DNA of 40,286 bases from Actinomycetes bacterium (GTDB lineage Bacteria > Actinomycetota > Actinomycetes > S36-B12 > UBA10799), in assembly GCA_037133175.1 (NCBI GenBank), contig JBAXOQ010000003.1:1-40286 (forward strand), in the 5' to 3' direction. The position numbers were made by a program, and so were the translations under genes. Numbering within the stretch: position 1 is the first letter of the stretch; each line of letters starts with the position of its first letter. This document shows, in pieces, positions 38,193-40,286 of this stretch. The notes under the pieces are model-generated. The model had not been told where the DNA came from and searched no databases. It was given only the letters and a program-made list of their open reading frames with translations.

Positions 38193-38969
38193 GTGGCGGG
38201 TTTCGGTGGTGGTTGGCCGGTCGCTGCCGCGGGTCTGGCGGCGATGGCGGCGGCATTGCTGTTCGGCGCGCCGTTTCGGCGTGCTCCGTTCCGTGCAGTG
38301 CGGGTGCTGGCCGATCGCTCAGGCACGCTCGCAAACGGTGATAGCCCGGATTCGGACCTGAACGGCAAGTTCGGCCCGTTCGCTTGGGTGTCGAGCTGGA
38401 TCGTCGGCTGCGTGCGACACCGCACAGAATGCGCCGGACGGCGTTCGGCCGCTCTTGAGGTGCTGGCCGCATTCGCTGCCGAGCTACGCGCGGGTCAGCC
38501 GGTTCGTACCGCGTTGGAGCGGGCATGTGCCGCCGCGCCGCGTGCCGTCTGTCCCAGGGCGGTCGGCGTCGCCCGCCTCGGAGGGGACGTTCCCCGGGCG
38601 CTGCAGCTCGACGCAGCTGATCAAGGGTTACCCGTGCTGCGTTCGCTGGCCGCGTTGTGGCAGGTGGCCGAGGGTTCGGGTGCTGGCCTGGCCAAGGCTG
38701 TGGACCGACTGTGCATCGCGGAGGGCAGCAACGAACAGGTTCGGCGCTCGCTGGCCTCGGAATTGGCCGGCCCGAAGGCCACAGCCAAGGTGCTGGCGGT
38801 CTTACCGGTGATCGGTCTGTTGATGGGCAGCGGGTTGGGGGCTTCGCCGCTTGGATGGCTGCTCGGTTCGCCGTGGGGCCTGGCGGTGCTGCTCGCAGGC
38901 GTGGTGCTGGAGTGGGCGGGGCTGTGGTGGACGGCCCGACTAACCCGGGCCGTGGAGGCTTTGCTGTGA
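38193..38969 (+). CDS. tadB: Type II secretion system F family protein (TadB-like)
   Basis: ELRAG...W..AEGSGAGLA...LAVLP and TM helices; follows tadA. Start approximate. Confidence 0.88.
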   Translation: MAGFGGGWPVAAAGLAAMAAALLFGAPFRRAPFRAVRVLADRSGTLANGDSPDSDLNGKFGPFAWVSSWIVGCVRHRTECAGRRSAALEVLAAFAAELRAGQPVRTALERACAAAPRAVCPRAVGVARLGGDVPRALQLDAADQGLPVLRSLAALWQVAEGSGAGLAKAVDRLCIAEGSNEQVRRSLASELAGPKATAKVLAVLPVIGLLMGSGLGASPLGWLLGSPWGLAVLLAGVVLEWAGLWWTARLTRAVEALL

Positions 38970-39745
38970 CATTGACGCTGGTGGTCGCGGCGGGGCTGGT
39001 CACTCTGGCCGTGCTGCTGATGTTGAAGCCGGTGGCGTCGGTGTCACGTCGGGTCAGGCCGGCGCAGATCGTGCGGTTGGCTTCCGGTGACCACCGACTT
39101 GCTGCTGGCCCAAGCCGCGCTCTGGCGCGGGATCAGGTGGCCACGCGACGGCGCAACCAATGGGCTGCTCTGATCGCGGCGGTCGGTGTTTGGGCGCTGG
39201 TGGGAGGGCCGGCGGGGGTGGTTTTGGGCGCAGCGTTGGTTGTCTTGGGTCCGGCCGCGCTGGCGCGCCTTGAGCCCCGGTCGGTGCGGCATCGACGTCA
39301 GACACTCGAAGCGACGGCGCCCATGGTGGCGGACCTGCTGGCAGCCTGCTTGGAGTCAGGAGCATCGACCGCAGCATCGGTGCAGGCTGTGGCACGGGCG
39401 CTGGAGGAGCCGGTGGAGTCGGTGCTGGGCAATTGTGTCGCGCAGATTCAGTTGGGAGCGGATCCGGCTCGGGTTTGGGGTGCGCTCGCACAGGAGCCTG
39501 AGCTGGCTCCGATCGCCCGATCCATTCTCCGATCGGCAGACTCCGGCGCTCCGCTGGCAGATTTGCTGCTGCGAACCGGCGACGATCTTCGATCCGTTCG
39601 ACGGGCACGGTTGGAGGCTCTGGCCAGATCTGCTGGCATCAAGGCCGTGGGTCCATTGGGCGTGTGTTTTCTGCCGGCATTCATGTTGCTTGGTGTGGTT
39701 CCGTTGGTCGCCAGCCTCGTGGGCACCATGCTCGCGCGAGGGTGA
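38966..39745 (+). CDS. tadC: Type II secretion system F family protein (TadC-like)
   Basis: DLLAACLESG, SGAPLA and PLGVCFLPAF motifs; GTGA overlap with the upstream gene. Confidence 0.9.
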   Translation: MTLTLVVAAGLVTLAVLLMLKPVASVSRRVRPAQIVRLASGDHRLAAGPSRALARDQVATRRRNQWAALIAAVGVWALVGGPAGVVLGAALVVLGPAALARLEPRSVRHRRQTLEATAPMVADLLAACLESGASTAASVQAVARALEEPVESVLGNCVAQIQLGADPARVWGALAQEPELAPIARSILRSADSGAPLADLLLRTGDDLRSVRRARLEALARSAGIKAVGPLGVCFLPAFMLLGVVPLVASLVGTMLARG

Positions 39746-39777
39746 TCTGCGACATCCGGGCAGCGGGCCAGTGGGCG

Positions 39778-39814
39778 CTGTCCACAGCATTCGGTCATGC
39801 CGGACCTGTCCACA
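39778..39814 (+). promoter_or_regulatory. Pair of DnaA-box-like sites upstream of the pilin gene
   Basis: CTGTCCACAGC at 39778 and 39806. Confidence 0.5.
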
Positions 39815-40099
39815 GCCAGAGGCGATCGCGGTTCCAGGCGGGCGTCGTTTCGGCATGATTGGAGCAGATGACAGCTTGGACTCCGCGGTCTGCGGGGTCC
39901 AAGCTCCTGGCAGCTATTGGCCAGTGTGAGTCGTGGCGGTGTCCACTTTCTGGCAGAGACGGCGGCGCTTATCGCCGCCCACCGATCGCAGCGGCAGCGT
40001 GCCGCCAAACCGCGAAGCTGGCGCCGCCGGCTTCGCTCACCAACGGACGAGCCGGGCCACAGATGAGGACACGGCCGTCTGACCAAACTAAGGAGTGAA

Positions 40100-40279
40100 A
40101 TGTCCAAGAACCTTCTGGCAATTGTCAGGAACGACGCGGGAATGGCGACGGCGGAGTACGCCGTCGGAACGGTGGCAGCCACCGGATTCGCAGGGTTGCT
40201 GATCAAGCTCTTGTCCGGTCCGGAAGTCATGGGCCTGCTTCAGAGCGTTGTGGAGAAAGCATTCGAGTGGCTGTTCTGA
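40100..40279 (+). CDS. DUF4244 Flp-like pilin
   Basis: Not in the ORF track: MSKNLLAIVRNDAG|MATAEYAVGTVAATGFAGLL...; prepilin G|xxxxEY motif; AAGGAG RBS. Confidence 0.93.
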   Translation: MSKNLLAIVRNDAGMATAEYAVGTVAATGFAGLLIKLLSGPEVMGLLQSVVEKAFEWLF

Positions 40280-40286
40280 ACGGCGC

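Overview
High-GC Actinomycetota chromosomal window; a Nanopelagicales-like lineage is only an impression. From ~9.4 kb to the end it follows the conserved actinobacterial block equivalent to M. tuberculosis Rv3656c-Rv3688c: tRNA-Pro(CGG), metallophosphoesterase, YqeY, PonA, WhiB4/WblA, two ArsA-type ATPases, DUF4177, Rid, NUDIX, MBL hydrolase, Crp, Nth, CoA pyrophosphatase, MarP, hydrolase, holin-like protein, NhaA, Acs, Fic-like, HAD-IB, Ssd, TadA/B/C and an Flp-like pilin. Inserted into this block are a beta-helix protein, a membrane PAS-GGDEF cyclase, a MITE with a TAA target duplication, an RsiG-like c-di-GMP anti-sigma factor behind a sigma28-type promoter, and a polysaccharide deacetylase. 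Two sRNAs flank the HAD gene: a 6C RNA and a short Ms1-like RNA that appears inverted relative to the usual synteny. The first 9 kb, downstream of tRNA-Pro, are accessory: tRNA-linked tandem repeats, a META lipoprotein, TetR plus a GT1 glycosyltransferase, and a decaying tandem family of secreted proteins interrupted by a ~70-bp direct repeat. The best candidate for a new system is a c-di-GMP/RsiG-sigma28 module near a Tad pilus operon that carries DnaA-box-like sites. All functional links are inference; no database searches were run.
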